In this document: piece after piece, positions 21,350 to 33,527 of the stretch
Position numbering within the stretch: position 1 is the stretch's first letter
How the letters are laid out: each line of letters opens with the position of its first letter
DNA from: Pristiophorus japonicus
Lineage: Eukaryota
Direction of reading: 5' to 3'
Assembly: GCF_044704955.1 (NCBI RefSeq)
Contig: NW_027253893.1
Coordinates: 62,001-126,000 of the forward strand
Length of the DNA: 64,000 nucleotides
Position numbers and translations under genes: made by a program
The notes under the pieces: model-generated
What the model was told of the DNA's origin: nothing
Seen by the model: only the letters and a program-made list of their open reading frames with translations
Databases searched by the model: none

Positions 21350-22430
21350 AGAGGGTCAGGAACTCAGGGTCGGGGGGGCAAGGTCAGGAACTCGGGGTCG
21401 GGGGTAAGGTCAGGAACTCGGGGTCGGGGGCGAAGGTCAGGAACTCGGGGTCGGGGGGTAAGGTCAGGAACTCAGGGTCGGGGGGGTAAGGTCAGGAACT
21501 CGGGGTCGGGAGAGAAGGTCAGGGACTTGGGGTCGGGGGGTAAGGTCAGAAACTCGGGGTCGGGGGAGAAGGTCAGGAACTCGGGGTCGGGGGGCAAGGT
21601 GAGGAACTCGGGGTCGGGGGGTAAGGTCAGGAACTCGGGGTCGGGGGGTAAGGTCAGGAACTCGGGGTCGGGGGGGTAAGGTCAGGAACTCGGGGTCGGG
21701 GGGTAAGGTCAGGAACTCTGGGTTGGGGGTTTAAGGTCAGGAACTCGGGGTCGGGGGGTAAGGTCAGGAACTCGGGGTCGGGGGGTAAGGTCAGGAACTC
21801 AGGGTCGGGGGAGAAGGTCAGGAACTCGGGGTCGGGGGGTAAGGTCAGGAACTCAGGGTCGGGTGGGTAAGGTCAGGAACTCGGGGTCGGGAGAGAAGGT
21901 CAGGGACTCGGGGTCGGGGGGTAAGGTCAGAAACTCGGGGTCGGGGGAGAAGGTCAGGAACTTGGGGTCGGGGGGCAAGGTCAGGAACTCGGGGACGGGG
22001 GGTAAGGTCAGGAACTCGGGGTCGGGGGGTAAGGTCAGGAACTCGGGGTCGGGGGGGTAAGGTCAGGAACTCGGGGTCGGGGGGTAAGGTCAGGAACTCT
22101 GGGTTGGGGGTTTAAGGTCAGGAACTCGGGGTCGGGGGGTAAGGTCAGGAACTCGGGGTCGGGGGGTAAGGTCAGGAACTCGGGGTCGGGTGGTAAGGTC
22201 AGGAACTCGGGGTCGGGGGGTAAGGTCAGGAACTCAGGGGGCGGGGGTAAGGTCAGGAACTCGGGGTCGGGGGGTAAGGTCAGGAACTCGGGGTCGGGGG
22301 GTAAGGTCAGGAACTCGGGGTCAGGGGGTAAGGTCAGGAACTCGGGGTCGGGGGGTAAGCTCAGGAACTCGGGGTCGGGGGGTAAGGTCAGGAACTCAGG
22401 GGGCGGGGGGCCAGGTCAGGAACTCGGGGA
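21350..22430. repeat. 27-bp G-rich minisatellite (GGGGTCGGGGGGTAAGGTCAGGAACTC)n, ~40 copies
   Basis: Direct reading; 9-aa translated period SGSGGKVRN. Confidence 0.95.
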
Positions 22431-22589
22431 ACCCACACAGCCAACTTGCCGGATTCTCGATACAGAAAGTGCCCGGTCTGGGGTGTGTTGAATGGCCCAC
22501 GCTGCCCCTAAAAGGGGCTGGGCAGAGCCAAACGAGACTAGAGAGAATATGGATTGTGTGTTGGTCCCACAACAGGATAACATTATATT

Positions 22590-22682
22590 AAGGTAATCGA
22601 CTTGTCCAAAGTTCTCATGGCCAGCCTCCCATCTTCCAGCCTCAATCAACGTGAGCTCATCCAAAACTCTGCTGCAGGTCTT
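22590..22682 (+). mobile_element. Short L2-like LINE ORF2 remnant
   Basis: Translates SKVLMASLPSSSLNQRELIQNSAA, resembling the L2 C-terminal LLAGLP...LQLIQNAAA motif. Confidence 0.45.
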
Positions 22683-22684
22683 AT

Positions 22685-23076
22685 CCCATTGCCCCTGGAC
22701 CTTCCCCCATTGCCCCTGGACCTTCTCCCATTGCCCCTGGATCTTCCCCCATTGCCCTTGGACCTCCCACCATTGCCCCTGGACCTTCCCCCATTGCCCC
22801 TTGACCTTCCCCCATTGCCCCTGGATCTTCTCCCATTGCCCCTGGACCTTCCCCCATTGCCCCTGGATCTTCCCCCATTGCCCCTGGACATTCTCCCATT
22901 GCCCCTGGATCTTCCCCCATTGCCCTTGGACCTCCCGCCATTGCCCCTGGACCTTCCCCCATTGCCCCTTGACCTTCCCCCATTGCCCCTGGATCTTCTC
23001 CCATTACCCCTGAAACTTTCTCCATTGCCCATTGACCTTCCCCCATTGCCCCTGGACCTTCCTCCATTGCCCCTGG
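22685..23076. repeat. 21-bp C-rich minisatellite (CCCATTGCCCCTGGACCTTCC)n, left part
   Basis: ~18 copies; 7-aa period PLPLDLP; continues at 27991-28088. Confidence 0.95.
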
Positions 23077-23759
23077 AGTGCAGCAGCATAGAATGGCATT
23101 CGTGAGTTTGGTAAGTGGGTGAGTTTTAAGGGTTATTCTCTTTAAACCATTTGGAGGCTGGAGTAAATTGTTAGTGCCAATTGCCAGCAGCTTCTAAGTA
23201 AGTAGCAGTTTAATTTAAAAGGGAAAAGTTAAATAGTTGGGGATCTTTCAGGGTTAGGCAGAGAAAAACAAGGTAACTCTCCAGTAGGAGGCAATTAGCA
23301 GCTAGTTAAAACCAGTTCTGTAAACGACTGACCAGTAGTGAGTCATCTGACCTAGATACAGTTTAAAAAGAGGCAGCTCATGCAGAGCACGGAGTGCAGC
23401 AGCATAGAGTGGCATTCGTGAATTTGGTAAGTGGGTGAGTTTTAAGAGAAAGTGGGGGTGGCAGGTGCTGTTTTGTCTTATTTTTCCTACCAGTGCTGAC
23501 ACTAGAGCAGCTGATAAGGAGTGCAAGAGTAGGAGACGGAGGCCCAGAGTCCAACCCAACCAACTGCAGACAAAGATAGAGGGGTGAGAAATCAAGAGGT
23601 GACGTCACAGCCATGCTGGTAAGTGGTTGGCTGTTCGACTGGTAAGTATAACTCTCTTTTAGACTGACATTTAGATTGGTTTAATTGGCAGCGAACTACT
23701 AAGTAGACGTTTGGTATTTAAGTAAATTTTAGTAAGTAAATTAATTTAAGGGTTAAGTC

Positions 23760-24704
23760 ATGGCAGGAGAGCTCGGACCCATGTCATGCTCCTCCTGTGC
23801 TATGTGGGATATCAGGGACACTTCCAGTGTCCCTGACTACTGTGTGTGCGGGAAGTGTGTCCAGCTGCAGCTCCTGACAGACCGCATGATGGCACTGGAG
23901 CTGCGGATGGACTCACTCTGGAGCATGCGCGATGCTGAGAATGTTGTGGATAGCACATTTAGTGAGTTGGTCACACCGCAGGTAAGGGTTAGGACAGATA
24001 GTGAATGGGTGACCAAGAGGCAAGGCAAGAGCAGGAAGGTAGTGCAGGAGTCCCCTGCGGTCATCTCCCTCCAAAACAGATATACCGTTTTCGATACTGT
24101 TGGGGGAGATGAATTACCAGGGGAAGGCACCAGCAGCCAGGTTCATGGCACTATGGGTGGCTCTGCTGCACAGAAGGGCGGGAAAAAGAGTGGGAGAGCT
24201 ATAGTGATAGGGGACTCTATTGTAAGGGGAATAGATAGGAGTTTCTGCGGCCGCAACCGAGACTCCAGGATGGTATGTTGCCTCCCTGGTGCAAGGGTCA
24301 AGGATGTCTCGGAGCGGCTGCAGAGCATTCTGGAGAGGGAGGGTGAACAGCCAGTTGTCGTGGTACATGTAGGTACCAGCGATATAGGTAAGAAGCGGAA
24401 AGAGGTCCTACAAGCTGAATTTAGGGAGCTAGGAGTTAAATTAAAAAGTAGGACCTCAAAGGTAGTAATCTCTGGATTGCTACCAGTGCCATGTGCTAAT
24501 TAGAGTAGAGGGAGCAGGATAGTTAGAATAAATATGTGGCTTGAGCAGTGGTGCAAGAGGGAGGGATTCAAATTCCTCGGACATTGGAACCAGTTCTGGG
24601 GGAAGTGGGACCTGTACAAAAGGGACGGTTTGCACTTGGGCAGGACTGGAACTGATGTCCTCGGGGTAACATTTGCTAATGCAGTTCGGGAGTGTTTAAA
24701 CTAA
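23760..24704 (+). pseudogene. CR1 ORF1: N-terminal CxxC..CxxC zinc finger + SGNH/GDSL esterase domain, premature TAG at 24501
   Basis: CSSC...CGKC; VIGDSIVR; HVGTSD; reading through the TAG gives ...WDLYKRDGLHL...ECLN* ending 24704. Confidence 0.88.
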
Positions 24705-25981
24705 TATGGCAGGGGGATGGGAACCTATGCAGCGAGACAGGGCGAAGTAATATGGAGTCAGAAACAGAGGGTAGAAAGGTAAAAAGCAATAGTGGAAGGC
24801 CGAGTAAACAAAGGCAAGAAACAAAAAGGGCCACACTACATCATAATTCTAAAAGGACAAAGGGTGTTTAAAAAACAAGCCTGAAGGCTTTGTGTCTTAA
24901 TGCAAGGAGTAATCTGTAATTAGGTGGATGAATTAACTGTGCAAATAGATGTTAACAGATATGATGTGATTGGGATTACAGAGACGTGGCTCCAGGATGA
25001 TCAGGGCTGGCAACTCAACATCCAAGGGTATTCAACATTCAGGAAGGATAGAATAAAAGGAATAGGAGGTGGGGTAGCATTGCTGGTTAAAGAGGAGATT
25101 AATGCAATAGTTCGGAAGGACATTAGCTTGGATGATGTGGAATCTATATGGGTAGAGCTGCAGAACACCAAAGGGCAAAAAACATTAGTGGGAGTTGTGT
25201 ACAGACCTCCAAACAGTAGTAGTGATGTTGGGGACAGCATCAAACAGGAAATTAGGGATGCATGCAATAAAGGTGCAGCAGTTATCATGAGTGACTTTAA
25301 TATGCATATAGATTGGGCTAACCAAACTGGAAGCAATACGGTGGAGAAGGATTTCCTGGAGTGCAGAAGGGATAGTTTTCTAGACCAATATGTCGAGGAA
25401 CCAACTAGGGGGGAGGCCATCTTAGACTGGGTGTTGTGTAATGAGAGAAGATTAATTAGCAATCTCGTTGTGCGAGGCCCCTTGGGGAAGAGTGACCATA
25501 ATATGGTGGAATTCTACATTAGGATGGAGAATGAAACAGTTGATTCAGAGACCATGGTCCAGAACTTAAAGAAGGGTAACTTTGAAGGTATGAGGCATGA
25601 ATTGACTAGGATAGATTGGTAAATGATACTTAAGGGGTTGACAGTGGATGGGCAATGGCAGACATTTAGAGACCGCATGGATGAACTACAACAATTGTAC
25701 ATCCCGGACTGGCGTAAAAATAAAAAAAGGAAGGTGGCTCAATCGTGGCTATCAAGGGAAATCAGAGATAGTATTAAAGCCTAGGAAGTGGCATACAAAT
25801 TGGCCAGAAATAGCAGCGAACCCGGGGACTGGGAGAAATTTAGAACTCAGCAGAGGAGGACAAAGGGATTGATTAGGGCAGGGAAAATAGAGAACGAGAG
25901 GACGCTTGCAGGGAACATTACGACGGACTGCAAAAGCTTCTATAGATATGTAAAGAGAAAAAGGTTAGTAAAGACAAACGT

Positions 25982-26186
25982 AGAAACATAGAAATAGGTG
26001 CAGGAGCAAGCCATTCAGCCCTTCTAGCCTGCACCGCCATTCAATGAGTTCATGGCTGAACATGAAACTTCAGTACCCCCTTCCTGCTTTCTCGCCATAC
26101 CCCTTGATCCCCCGAGTAGTAAGGACTTCATCTAACTCCCTTTTGAATATATGTAGTGAATTGGCCTCAACTACTTTCTGTGGTAG
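25982..26186 (-). mobile_element. CR1 3' end inserted antisense within ORF2 of the full-length copy
   Basis: Host aagacaaacGTAG|..|tcccctgcagtcag is split; GTAG on both sides. Confidence 0.88.
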
Positions 26187-27990
26187 TTCCCCTGCAGTCA
26201 GAATCAGGGGAAGTCATAACAGGGAACAAAGAAATGACAGACCAATTGAACAAGTACTTTGGTTCGGTATTCACTAAGGAGGACACAAACAACCGTCCGG
26301 ATATAAAAGGGGTTAGAGGGTCTAGTAAGAAGGAGGAACTGAGGGAAATCCTTATTAGTCAGGAAATTGTGTTGGGGAAATTGATGGGATTGAAGGCTGA
26401 AAAATTCCCAGGGCCTGATGGACTGCATCCCAGAGTACTTAAGAAGGTGGCCTTTGAAATAGTGGCTGCATTGACAGTCATTTTCTAACATTCCATAGAT
26501 TCTGGATCAGTTCCTATGGAGTGGAGGGTAGCCAATGTAATCCCAATTTTTAAAAATGGAGGGAGAGAGAAAACAGGGAATTATAGACCGGTCAGCCTGA
26601 CCTCAGTAGTGGGTAAAATGATGGAATCAATTATTAAGGATGTCATAGCAGTGCATTTGGAAAGAGGTGACATGATAGGTCCAAGTCAGCATGGATTTGT
26701 GAAAGGGAAATCATGCTTGACAAATCTTCTGGAATTTTTTGAGGATCTTTCCAGTCGAGTGGACAAGGGAGAACCAGTTGATGTGGTGTATTTGGACTTT
26801 CAGAAGGCTTTCGATAAGGTCACACACAAGAGATTAATGTGCAAAGTTAAAGCACATGGGATTGGGGGTAGTGTGCTGACGTGGATTGAGAACTGGTTGT
26901 CAGACAGGAAGCAAAGAGTAGGAGTAAATGGGTACTTTTCAGAATGGCAGGCAGTGACTAGTGGGGTGCCGCAAGATTCTGTGCTGGGGCCCCAGCTGTT
27001 TACATTGTACATTAATGATTTAGACGAGGGGATTAAATGTAGTATCTCCAAATTTGCAGATGACACTAAGTTGGGTGGCAGTGTGAACTGCGAGGAGGAT
27101 GCTATGAGGCTGCAGAGTGACTTGGATAGGTTAGGTGAGTGGGCAAATGCATGGCAGATGAAATATAATGTAGATAAATGTGAGGTTATCCACTTTGGTG
27201 GTAAAAACAGAGAGACAGACTATTATTTGAATGGTGACAGATTAGGAAAAGGGGAGGTGCAATGAGACCTGGGTGTCATGGTACATCAGTCATTGAATGT
27301 TGGCATGCAGGTACAGCAGGTGGTTAAGAAAGCAAATGGCATGTTGGCCTTCATAGCGAGGGGATTTGAGTACAGGGGCAGGGAGGTGTTACTACGGTTG
27401 TACAGGGCCTTGGTGAGGCCACACCTGGAGTATTGTGTACAGTTTTGGTCTCCTAACTTGAGGAAGGGCATTCTTGCTATTGAGGGAGTGCAGTGAAGGT
27501 TCACCAGACTGATTCCTGGGATGGCGGGACTGACCTATCAAGAAAGTCTGGATCAACTGGGCTTGTATTCACTGGAGTTCAGAAGAATGAGAGGGGATCT
27601 CATAGAAACGTTTAAAATTCTGACGGGTTTAGACGGGTTAGATGGTAGAAAAATGTTCCCAATGTTGGGGAAGTCCAGAACCAGGGGTCACAGTCTAAGG
27701 ATAAGGGGTAAGCCATTTAGGACCGAGATGAGGAGAAATTTCTTCACCCAGAGAGTGGTGAACCTGTGGAATTCTCTACCACAGAAAGTTGTTGAGGCCA
27801 AATCACTAAATATATTCAAAAAGGAGTTAGGTGAAGTCTTTACTACTCGGGGGATCAAGGGGTATGGCGAGAAAACAGGAATGGGGTAATGAAGTTGCAT
27901 GTTCAGCCATGAACTCATTGAATGGTGGTGCAGGCTCGAAGGGCTGAATGGCCTACTCCTGCACCTATTTTCTATGTTTCTATGTTTCTA

Positions 27991-28088
27991 TTCCCCCATT
28001 GCCACTGGACCTTCCCCCATTGCCCCATGACCTTCCCCCATTGCCCCTGGACCTTCCCCCATTGCCCCTGGTCCTTCCCCCATTGCCT
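27991..28088. repeat. 21-bp minisatellite, right part
   Basis: Same unit as 22685-23076, ~4.5 copies. Confidence 0.9.
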
Positions 28089-28285
28089 TTGTGCTCCTGG
28101 ACCTAGACTGTCTCCCGATCCACCATCAACATTCCTCCTAAGCTGGGCAACTGTCTGAGAGTCCCGAGCCGGGAGCTTACCGGCTTTTCAATGGGAGATA
28201 TTGTGCACCTGTAAAGTTTTGAATGGGCCGCACAGCCCGACATTAAAATTCCCATCCCCATGTTACATCCTGTGGCCTCACCCCT

Positions 28286-31181
28286 TCCTATCCGCAATAA
28301 GGTGGATGAATTAACTGTGCAAATAGATGTTAACAAATATGATGTGATTGGGATTACGGAGACGTGGCTCCAGGATGATCAGGGCTGGGAACTCAACATC
28401 CAGGGGTATTCAACATTCAGGAAAGATAGAATAAAAGGAAAAGGAGGTGGGGTAGCATTGCTGGTTAAGGAGGAGATTAAGGCAATAGTTAGGAAGGACA
28501 TTAGCTTGGATGATGTGGAATCTATATGGGTAGAGCTGCAGAACACCAAAGGGCAAAAAACGTTAGTGGGAGTTGTGTACAGACCTCCAAACAGTAGTAG
28601 TGATGTTGGGGAGGGCATCAAACAGGAAATTAGGGATGCATGCAATAAAGGTGCAGCAGTTATAATGGGTGACTTTAATATGCACATAGATTGGTTTAAC
28701 CAAACTGGAAGCAATACGATGGAGGCGGATTTCCTGGAGTGCATAAGGGATGGTTTTTTAGACCAATATGTTGAGGAACCAACTAGGGGGGAGGCCATCT
28801 TAGACTGGGTGTTGTGTAATGAGAGAAGATTAATTAGCAATCTCGTTGTGCAAGGCCCCTTGGGGAAGAGTAACCATAATATGGTGGAATTCTGCATTAG
28901 GATGGAGAATGAAACAGTTAATTCAGAGACCATGGTCCAGAACTTAAAGAAGGGTAACTTTGAAGGTATGAGGCATGAATTGGCTAGGATAGATTGGCGA
29001 ATGATACTTAAGGGGTTGACTGTGGATGGGCAATGGCAGACATTTAGAGACCGCATGGATGAACTACAACAATTGTACATTCCTGTCTGCCGTAAAAATA
29101 AAAAAGGGAAGGTGGCTCAACCGTGGCTATCAAGGGAAATCAGGGATACTATTAAAGCCAAGGAAGTGGCATACAAATTGGCCAGAAATAGCAGCGAACC
29201 CGGGGACTGGGAGAAATTTAGAACTCAGAAGAGGAGGACAAAGGGTTTGAGTAGGGCAGGGAAAATGGAGTACGAGAAGAAGCTTGCACGGAACATTAAG
29301 ACGGATTGCAAAAGTTGCTATAGATATGTAAAGGGAAAAAGGTTAGTAAAGACAAACGTAGGTCCCCTGCAGTCAGAATCAGGGGAAGTCATAACGGGGA
29401 ACAAAGAAATGGCGGACCAATTGAACAAGTACTTTGGTTCGGTATTCACTAAGGAGGACACAAACAACCTTCCGGATATAAAAGGAGTCAGAGGGTCTAG
29501 TAAGGAGGAGGAACTGAGGGAAATCCTTATTAGTCAGGAAATTGTGTTGGGGAAATTGATGGGATTGAAGGCCGATAAGTCGCCAGGGCCTGATGGACTG
29601 CATCCCAGAGTACTTAAGGAGGTGGCCTTGGAAATAGTGGATGCATTGACAGTCATTTTCCAACATTCCATTGACTCTGGATCAGTTCCTATGGAGTGGA
29701 GGGTAGCCAATGTAACCCCACTTTTTAAAAAAGGAGGGAGAGAGAAAACAGGGAATTATAGACCGGTCAGCCTGACATCGGTAGTGGGTAAAATGATGGA
29801 ATCAATTATTAAGGATGTCATAGCAGTGCATTTGGAAAGAGGTGACATGATAGGTCCAAGTCAGCATGGATTTGTGAAAGGGAAATCATGCTTGACAAAT
29901 CTTTTGGAATTTTTTGAGGATGTTTCCAGTAGAGTGGACAAGGGAGAACCAGTTGATGTGGTATATTTGGACTTTCAGAAGGCTTTCGACCAGGTCCCAC
30001 ACAAGAGATTAATGTGCAAAGTTAAAGCAAATGGGATTGGGGGTAGTGTGCTGACATGGATTGAGAACTGGTTGTCAGACAGGAAACAAAGAGTAGGAGT
30101 AAATGGGTACTTTTCAGAATGGCAGGCAGTGACTAGTGGGGTGCCGCAAGGTTCTGTGCTGGGGCCCCAGCTGTTTACACTGTACATTAATGATTTAGAC
30201 GAGGGGATTAAATGTAGTATCTCCAAATTTGCGGATGACACTAAGTTGGGTGGCAGTGTGAGCTGCGAGGAGGATGCTATGAGGCTGCAGAACAACTTGG
30301 ATAGGTTAGGTGAGTGGGCAAAGACATGGCAGATGAAGTATAATGTGGATAAATGTGAGGTTATCCACTTTGGTGGTAAAAACAGAGAGACAGACTATTA
30401 TCTGAATGGTGACAGATTAGGAAAAGGGGAGGTGCAAAGAGACCTGGGTGTCATGGTACATCAGTCATTGAAGGTTGGCATGCAGGTACAGCAGGCGGTT
30501 AAGAAAGCAAATGGCATGTTGGCCTTCATAGCGAGGGGATTTGAGTACAGGGGCAGGGACGTGTTGCTACAGTTGTACAGGGCCTTGGTGAGGCCACACC
30601 TGGAGTATTGTGTACAGTTTTGGTCTCCTAACCTGAGGAAGGACATTCTTGCTATTGAGGGAGTGCAGCGTAGGTTCACCAGACTGATTCCCGGGATGGC
30701 GGGACTGACCTATCAAGAAAGACTGGATCAACTGGGCTTGTATTCACTGGAGTGCAGAAGAATGAGAGGGGACCTCATAGAAACGTTTAAGATTCTGAAG
30801 GGGTTAGACAGTATGGATGCAGGAAGAATATCCCAATGTTGGGGAAGTCCAGAACCAGGGGACACAGTCTAAGGATAAGGGGTAAGCCATTTAGGACCGA
30901 GATGAGGAGGAACTTCTTCACCCAGAGAGTGGTGAACCTGTGGAATTCTCTGCCACAGAAAGTGGTTGAGGCCAATTCACTAAATATATTCAAAAAGGAG
31001 TTAGATGTAGTCCTTACTAGTAGGGGGATCAAGGGGTATGGCGAGAAAGCAGGAATGTGGTACTGAAGTTGCATGTTCAGCCATGAACTCATTGAATGGC
31101 GGTGCAGGCTAGAAGGGCCGAATGGCCTACTCCTGCACCTATTTTCTATGTTTCTATGTTTCTATGTTTCTATGTTTCTAT
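28286..31181 (+). mobile_element. Young 5'-truncated CR1 with nearly intact ORF2 (EN + RT)
   Basis: 870-aa ORF 28260..30872 (first ~9 codons are flank), GITETW, GDFN, FADD; single frameshift near 30830; tail (TTTCTATG)x4 at 31143-31181. Confidence 0.96.
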
Positions 31182-31382
31182 CTGACCCTGGCAGTGTGAG
31201 CGCTGGGTGAGCTCCTAACCCGGGATTCTGAGCCCTGTTTGTTCTCTGAAAGCTGTCGATTTAACACTGTGAGCTTTGATAGGAGCCTGGCTCTCACAAA
31301 CAATGGATCAAATTACACATTCCAGACAAACGTTGTCCTCTAAAGGGAACAATCAGAAATCTGTTCTTCTCCACTATTTCAC

Positions 31383-31825
31383 TGTGACTCAGTGGGTAGC
31401 ACACTCATCTTGAGTCAGAAGGTTGTGGGTTCAAATCCCACCCTAGACACTTAAGCACATAAATCTAGGCTGACATTCCAGTGCAGTGCTGAGGGAGCCG
31501 TGCACTTTCGGAGGTACCGTCTTTCGGATGAGACGTTAACTCAAGGCCTCGTCTGCTCTCCCAAGTGGACGTAAAAGATCCCATGGCACTACTTTGAAGA
31601 AGAGCAGGGGAGTTATCCCCGGTGTCCTGGCCAATATTTAACCCTCAATCAACATAAGAAAAACAGTTTATCTGATCATTATCATATTGCTGTTTGTGGG
31701 AGCTTGCTGTGCACAAATTGGCTGCTGCCTTTCCCACAATACAACAGTGACTACATGCCAAAAATACTACTTTGGGACGTCCGGTGGTTGTGGTAGGTGC
31801 TATATAAATTCAAGTCTTTCTTTCC
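31383..31825 (+). mobile_element. Full-length tRNA-derived Deu-domain SINE (SacSINE1-like), unexpanded
   Basis: A box TGACTCAGTGG, B box GGTTCAAATCC, Deu-like gtaaaagatcccatggcact...gaagaagagcagggg...ggtgtcctggccaa, L2-type tail gctatataaattcaagtctttc. Confidence 0.88.
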
Positions 31826-32049
31826 AGGGAACCAATCAGAAATTTGGTGTTGCAAATAGAGACAACCTTAAAAATTGGGCGAGGGTGAGTTTGGGAGGTG
31901 GGTTCTAAATGATGGGATTTGTGGAAAGCAACTTGCTTACAACTGATAGACAGCTTTAGAACATTGACAGCCATCCATCATCCAGTTATAAACAGGTGAT
32001 GTGACTAACCTGGGTGGGTGGTGCCCACAATAGCTGACAGTGCATATTA

Positions 32050-33527
32050 TGTAATGGGAGATCACAGAAATGGATAGGGTCCATATAATGACAGAGTGTT
32101 GCAGAATTTACCAATATCTCACAAAGATTCCTGGTACCTTTCCCCTGCAGAGGAGAAGAATTCCTTTCTGGACTTTTAAAATGAGTTTAAAGGGGCAGAC
32201 GAAGCCTGCGGGGGATAAAAGGGGATGCAATCATGGAGACCCCCCCCTCCCAGTGTTTGGACTCATGGGAAAGGGAATTCAAAATGGACCTAAATTATAG
32301 AAGCTTGAGATCCCCTAAACATCTATGGAAACGGGCATATCAATTTTAAGATTCCATAACATTTTGGCTGCAAAAAAGAGTTACCGAATACAGGAGGTGG
32401 GGCTAACCTCTGTGAAGCAACTTCGTGTATTAAGGACCCCAGACTGTCTGGGGGGAACTATTCACCCCCTAAGAGATAATCGAATTACCCAATCAAGCAC
32501 AATGGAAATCATGGTCAGGAAACTGGACAATTCTAAAACAATGCAAACCCAGTGATAGCACATTCTCACACCCTAATCGAGTTACTGCTGACAAAGGAGA
32601 CATTTGAAAATTAATGGATAGAACAGTTTAAACAGAGCCCAAGAGATTTGATGGGAGATAACGAAGCCTTTTTTTGGGGATATATCTATCCCCAGTTTTA
32701 CAAGGAAAGACGAGCAGAACACAGACTGGAACACAGACACAGACACAAGCAGCCTGCTTCCTCTACAGTGAAGAAATGAAATAGTGAAGGAAACTACCAG
32801 AACTCATCAAGAACTGACCAAGCACGAGGCCCACGAAATGGAAGGCTGTCAGCAACCAAATTGACAACCACTCTACAATCTACTTCTGAACGACCCAACG
32901 GGGCAGAAATTACCAAAAGGGACTAACTAAAACTGTTCCTAACCAAAGAAAGTGGGTACTTAGCAACTACATCCAAAACGCAACATACCGCATCAACGGA
33001 TACACCCCAACCGAAGACTACGCAGTCCGAAGTCCTCTCCTCCGACCGGGGTACGGCTCACCTCGAAGGCCAAGTGCAGCGAACCCCGAAACCGCGATTC
33101 ACCAGCAACTGTCGAAAGGGATTGGTGAGCATAGCCCCTGAACCCTCAGAGCTATAACTTAGTTAGTTAGGGGAATTGGGAGGGGGGAGGCTGGGATAAC
33201 TTGTGTAAATGTATCTGCATTCTCCTCTTTACCCCATTTACAGTTTAAGCTGTATTATTTTCCCCACAACTGTAATTTGACATTTTATTTAATGTGTTGT
33301 ACCCCTCAGTGTGTATTGGTCTGTGTGTGTTATTAAAGGTGTGCCTTTTACTTCTTTTTAAACACAATAAAGCCATACCTGCTTCCGACCTTGAAACCAA
33401 TTGTCTGTCCAAGTCTGTCACAGTCCCGTCATAATTCCAGTGTCGGGAAACAAGGGTGCGGGAGCGATTCAGAACCACTCATATAAGGTCAGAAGGGAAA
33501 GTTGACCCCCTGAAACCACCCCTGACA
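32050..33527 (+). mobile_element. Probable solo or terminal LTR (~1.48 kb)
   Basis: Starts TGTAATGGG, ends CCCCTGACA (imperfect inverted termini, TG..CA); AATAAA at 33366; non-coding; no TSD visible. Confidence 0.5.

Larger units (their letters stand above)
23075..27990 (+). mobile_element. Full-length CR1 LINE (5'UTR, ORF1, ORF2, tail), inactivated
   Basis: ~4.9 kb; ORF1 at 23760; ORF2 EN+RT fragments 24924-27889 with several stops; (TTTCTATG)n tail 27969-27990. Confidence 0.93.

Noticed and set aside
21066-23105. Gly/Arg-rich and Pro/Leu-rich ORFs
   Set aside because: Translations of the 27-bp and 21-bp minisatellites.
28379-29080. Long antisense ORFs over CR1 ORF2 (also 5226..5885, 25001..25462)
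   Set aside because: Reverse-frame shadows of ORF2; no independent motifs.
31383-31460. tRNA gene (also 8447-8510 and 9985-10050)
   Set aside because: A/B boxes are SINE heads continuing into SINE body and tail; no complete cloverleaf.
32070-32555. Two 76-aa ORFs in the LTR-like region
   Set aside because: No recognisable gag, pol or env motifs; chance length.
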